A DNA stretch of 64,000 nucleotides, taken from contig OZ024755.1 in NCBI GenBank assembly GCA_964016885.1, forward strand, positions 2,666,001 to 2,730,000. The letters are read 5' to 3'. The translations under genes were made by a program, and so were the position numbers. Below the pieces are notes generated by a model. It was not told the origin of the DNA. It worked only from the letters and a program-made list of their open reading frames with translations, and did not search any database. Numbering within the stretch: the first letter of the stretch is position 1; each line of letters opens with the position of its first letter. This stretch comes from Eledone cirrhosa (taxonomy: Eukaryota). This document shows, one piece after another, positions 58,736 to 64,000 of the stretch.

Positions 58736-58833
58736 AATAATTGTTTCTACTTTTGGCACAAGGCCAGCAATTACCCAGTGCATTACTGGTACTTTATTTT
58801 ATCGACCCCGTAAGGATGAAAGGCAAAGTCAAC
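58736..58833 (-). mobile_element. Main SINE 3' half
   Basis: near-identical to other young copies. Confidence 0.9.
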
Positions 58834-58889
58834 CAAAGGTAAATAATGTAATGGAGATCGAGTGATGCAACTTCAAGCGATTAGCGACC

Positions 58890-59141
58890 TCTATACTCAC
58901 CTGATCAATGAAACAATTGTCAATACCTGAAATAAAGCCCCTTATTGTACACCCAGCCATGTTACTCTTCATTCTTTCTCTATTATTACTCCAAGTATAA
59001 CCTACATAGGAATTACCGCGAACTCGCTGCCTAACTATGGAAGCATCTTGTTGAGTTAAACAAAGCCGTACGTTAAAACTATCCACGACACAGAGTACTC
59101 ACAACCTCTAACTGGATTATCTCTAACGATAACTTGTTACC

Positions 59142-59144
<3 letters not shown>
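58890..59144 (+). mobile_element. pLTR-like remnant with collapsed hammerhead, ending at (TA)n
   Basis: CCTGATCAAT-GAAAC-AATT-GTC (family E-like stem III, stem II deleted); gagtactc about 46 nt before the TA tract. Confidence 0.4.
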
Positions 59145-59219
<75 letters not shown>

Positions 59220-59574
59220 ATATATATGGGAGACACTGCGATAGTAAAAGTGTGTGTGTGTGTGCGTGTATTACAGAATGAACAGCCACGTAAATGAACA
59301 TCCATACACACATACACACAGATAAACGCCTACACACACACCTACACACATATGAATATATTGATGAGGGAGAAAAACAAAATGGCGTCCGACATGATAC
59401 AATTTACCCGTTAAATGTCCTTCGGCCACCATTTTTTAAACAACTAAAGGTCATAGCATGTAATATACAAAAGATATCCTCCATATCTTTCTACAATCTC
59501 TATATATTCTCATCAAAAATCGGCTTCATATAATGAAAAAAAATAAAATTTCCTAATTTATCATACACATACAG

Positions 59575-59632
<58 letters not shown>

Positions 59633-59649
59633 CTGTATGTGTGTACGTG

Positions 59650-59756
<107 letters not shown>

Positions 59757-59811
59757 TGTGTGTGTGTGTGTGTATGGATGTATCTATGTATATCAAACAC
59801 ACACACATATG

Positions 59812-59843
<32 letters not shown>

Positions 59844-60312
59844 GAGAAAGAGATTTGCTACCTTATTAATATACATATATATATGTGTGTGTGTGTGTAT
59901 GTGTTTGGTGTGGTGTGTGTCTGTGTGCGTATATATATAAATGCATATATATATATGTGTGAGTTTGTGTTTGTGTGTGTGTGTGTTTGTTCGTGTATGT
60001 GTTTGGTGTGTGTGTGTGTCTGTGTGCGTATATATATAAATGTATATATATATATATGTGTGTGTATGTGTGTTTTTTGTGTATGGGTTTGGTGGTGTCT
60101 GTGCCTGTACATTGTATTATGCTTCAAAGTGGCCTATACAAATTTATGAGGCCTAGAACGATGAGGTGACCACTGGCCAGGTAACCACTAGGCCTCAAAA
60201 ACATATACTTATGATGGTATATAAAGATGCACGGTGAACCTAACACGTTGAGGTAGATATAAACATGTGAGCCGAAGTCACAACTTCACATTCACCTAAT
60301 TTCGTGCTGTGC

Positions 60313-60446
60313 AGGACATTCCTGATTATTTCATACGATTGAAACAGTTCTAGTCCTGTAAAAGTCATTTATATATATAATAAATATACCTATATACCTC
60401 ATATTGAGTACCTTTTTTATCCCCCTACACCACTCTGGAAACCTAC

Positions 60447-60448
<2 letters not shown>
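60313..60448 (+). mobile_element. Family B pLTR-like element ending at (TA)n
   Basis: CTGATTA-TTTCATACGATT-GAAACAGTTCTAGTCCTGTA ... tattgagtac. Confidence 0.6.
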
Positions 60449-60530
<82 letters not shown>

Positions 60531-60534
<4 letters not shown>

Positions 60535-60690
60535 ATATAGAAAGGCTTCTACAGGACTAGAACTGATGACTTCTACCGAATGAAACAGTTCTAGTCCTGT
60601 AGAAGCCTTTCTATATTAAATATTTATACTCTGTTATGTATTGAGTACCTTACTTACTCTGGTTGCCCCTGATTGAACCCGGGATAAACT
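60531..60690 (+). mobile_element. Family B element with 35-bp inverted 5' duplication, flanked by (TA)n
   Basis: Arms 60531-60565/60586-60620 joined at the CTG of CTGATGA; tattgagtac at 60639. Confidence 0.75.
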
Positions 60691-60699
60691 TATATATAT

Positions 60700-60770
<71 letters not shown>

Positions 60771-60779
60771 TATGCACAT

Positions 60780-61330
60780 ATGTGTCTGGTGTTTTCATTT
60801 AGTTGCTGACATTCTATTTTAAGCGTATTGTCCAGCAGTTCTATAGCAGTTCTCTTAGCTTCACTGTCTCATCTCTTTCTTTACAAACCTCTGATGTATA
60901 CAACGGTTTTAGAATTCTTTACAATTATTACAGGTGACCTTTTAGCTATAAAAATGGTTGCACTTGCCGTGTGTTAAATTGGAAGCACGTTACTCTAAGA
61001 TAATTAACTTTTGAAAGGATTTCTCTCAGCTGCCAATTTATTTGCATATCATTATAGCATTTCCTCTTCGAAATTGGTATATAAAGCTCATTTTTCGGAT
61101 TTTTCTGTGCTATTCCTATTGCTTTTTGCAAAGGTTCTTGAACAATTCTTAAGTGACGTTTATTGATTTGTCTTGAAGAATATGCTAGAATTGAAAGTGT
61201 GCTTCTGCTGTCTAGCTGCTGGAGAATTTCTCACAAGATATACAGAGGCGGACTGTTAACAGAATTTGAATTAGTTTCATATTGAGAACACGAGAGCTGA
61301 TCATGCTTTTACAGATTTTCAGTCGTATTT
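60780..61330 (-). mobile_element. Possible decayed PLE RT-linker-GIY-YIG fragment
   Basis: Minus strand QYETNSNSVN..., LQKAIGIAQKNPKNEL, KVTCNNCKEF (resembles the GIY-YIG IYxxxCxxCxxxYIG motif); many frame breaks. Confidence 0.4.
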
Positions 61331-62098
61331 CTAGTTGGTCAATATCAGTCAAGTAAATAAGCAAAATGGCCTCCCGCTTATTAAAAATACACTCAACCTT
61401 CTTCAATACCAACATGAACGAACACCACCATCACCAAATTCATTGTAGCTTTACCTCAGCTGTCTTTATAGAAATATAAGTGTTTCTTCAGCTTTAATAT
61501 TCTACACACCATAAGAAGCTTTTTATCTACTCTACTAATAGCGCTGGTTTTATAAAACCGTCTTGAAATATTGCTATGGATTCTAATAATATATTTTCCG
61601 CAAAGATTGATGTCCGATTGATTATATGTTCAATTCCTTTCAGCGATTTAATTGCTTTATTTCTTTATTTGTATTTCCACGGGGATTCCTTGTTGCATGT
61701 GTGAGTTGTGTGTGCGTGTATCAGTTGTGTGTGTGTCTGTGTTGCGTTGTGTGTGTCTGTGTTGTGTTGTGTGTGTGTGCTGTTTGGTATCTTACGTTAA
61801 TTTCCAATAGGAAGGTTATTTTTATGGGAACAATATTTTTCTTTTACTACTGAATGTCTGTCTTTCTCAACTCTAATCTAACTGAAAAGAAGATGTCTAT
61901 TTTGTTGGTTTTTTTTCATTTTCAACGTGGCAAACAAAGCAGGATTAGTTACATACCATGACAGGTATGTCGTTCTGCATGTTCTCTACCCCAGCATATT
62001 ATCTTCAAAGGCGACTCGCTTCAAATTTTCTTACGCCTCTCTCTTGACCTAACAGCAATATATATATATAGTGTGTGTGTGTGAGTGTATGTGTGTAT

Positions 62099-62201
<103 letters not shown>

Positions 62202-62283
62202 TTATATATATATATATTCAAATAGAACTCACAACATTAAGTTCTTGTCTGAATATGTCACTATCAATAAACCAATTTTTGTA

Positions 62284-62383
62284 TTTTATCTGATGAGGGC
62301 GTACCAAAATATTGGTACCCTTGAAATATAATATAATAAAATAAATAGGGTTTTATAAAGATAGCTTCCATTTATTAATATTA

Positions 62384-62390
<7 letters not shown>
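62284..62390 (+). mobile_element. Family A hammerhead element (ribozyme 62284-62341) ending at (TA)n
   Basis: TTTTAT-CTGATGA-GGGCGTACCAA-AATA-TTGGTACCCTT-GAAA-TATAATAT-A-ATAAAA plus family A tail. Confidence 0.8.
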
Positions 62391-62422
<32 letters not shown>

Positions 62423-62875
62423 AGATGGCGTAGGACAGAACAAAGGAGAGGCACAAAAAACAAAGAAGAGGTCACAGTGTGACGAAAGAACTTTGACAAT
62501 ATATGAACAACCGTCCAGTTGTAGAACCAACCAACCAACCGAAAATTTATAAATTTTTTAATTTATATTTTAATTTATAATAAATTGGAGTGAAAGCAAC
62601 TGGTGCGTGTGTTTCTTATTGGCAACATGACCCTCCCAAAGTATAACAATATCGGTTTCAACACACGTTTTCAGATAAAGAATCTTGCTAAACAAATTCA
62701 GAAACGAAATATATATATATATATATTGAAAGAGTAGTTATGTTATGATGAAGTGAGAATATCATTTGAAATCTCTAATGTTTTCTTCTCAGTATGAGAG
62801 CAATATATGAAAGTAAAAGACTGTGATTGAAAAAGTATAAATATATTTACATGAAATCTCTCTCCATATAGATAG

Positions 62876-62954
<79 letters not shown>

Positions 62955-62979
62955 CACACACATACACACACACACACAC

Positions 62980-63452
62980 TTACACATACATACCCTCACA
63001 CACAAACAAGCATACATATATACACACACACATACATACGCTCACACACAAACAGGCATACAGACAGACGCACACACACACACATACATATATACCCTCA
63101 CACACAAACAAGCATACATATAGACACACACACACACACATACATACCCTCAAACACAAACATGCATACACACATAAACACACACACATATATATATACA
63201 CATAAACATATCTACACACATACATACAACCACATATTCACACGCACACACACAAACACACACACATATATATATATATTTATATTCACATAACCATATA
63301 CACACATACATACAACCACATACACACACACATAAACACACACATATATATATATATACACAAACATATACACACATACATACAACCACATACACACACA
63401 CATATATATATATATATATACACATAAACATATCTACACACATCCATACAAC

Positions 63453-63502
<50 letters not shown>

Positions 63503-63630
63503 TATATATATATACACAAACATATACACACATACATACAACCACATACACACACACATATATATATATATATATATCTACACATAAACATATCTACACA
63601 CATCCATACAACCACCTATACACACACACA
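62980..63630. repeat. Compound CA/TA-derived minisatellite (cacacatacatacaaccacata units)
   Basis: direct inspection. Confidence 0.85.
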
Positions 63631-64000
63631 AACAAAAACAAGGCACGCTCTCAACAAATTATCCAACGAAAACTACCAGGAAAGCAAGTGTCATGGCGAG
63701 ATAAACAATTCTATAACCTTCCTGTTTTCACTAACGTGTTTATCGAGCGAAATTTTCCGGGGTTGATTCTTCTATAATTAATCCGAAACTGAATTCTTAA
63801 TACATCATGTTAGCTTAATTGATTACTACTTTTAACAGTAAAGACATCATCAAATTTAGCGCATGTATATATGCAGTTCCCTGGCTGTGTAAATCTGTAA
63901 TTATCTCCATTCTTTGAGAAGATGTTGACTAAAGCAACCATGTAATTTAACTGGCAAGCTAACCGAGTAGATTTTAGTGTGATGTGCAGTGCAACGTGTA

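Overview
AT-rich eukaryotic non-coding DNA (intronic or intergenic) saturated with (TA)n, (CA)n, (GA)n, (CAT)n and (GGT)n microsatellites. The repeat landscape and dominant tRNA-derived SINE suggest an octopus/cephalopod genome (inference). No convincing host protein-coding exon was found, and most long ORFs in the track are microsatellite read-throughs. Supported content: about 15 SINE copies, RTE- and possibly CR1-type LINE fragments, two small Tc1/mariner-pogo-type MITEs and several minisatellites. The most striking signal is about 18 short loci from about 9 sequence families carrying intact or degenerate type I hammerhead ribozyme cores (CUGANGA...GAAA...UH, often with a palindromic stem III). 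Most end at a (TA)n tract, many have their 3' end duplicated in inverted orientation, and two lie just downstream of decayed Penelope-like (PLE) RT/GIY-YIG coding fragments. This points to a (TA)n-anchored, ribozyme-bearing PLE/retrozyme-like system. Also notable: a ~480-bp foldback element with convergent tRNA-like Pol III promoters, and a 39-bp minisatellite that may have been amplified from PLE coding sequence. All structures were read by eye; nothing was computed or searched.
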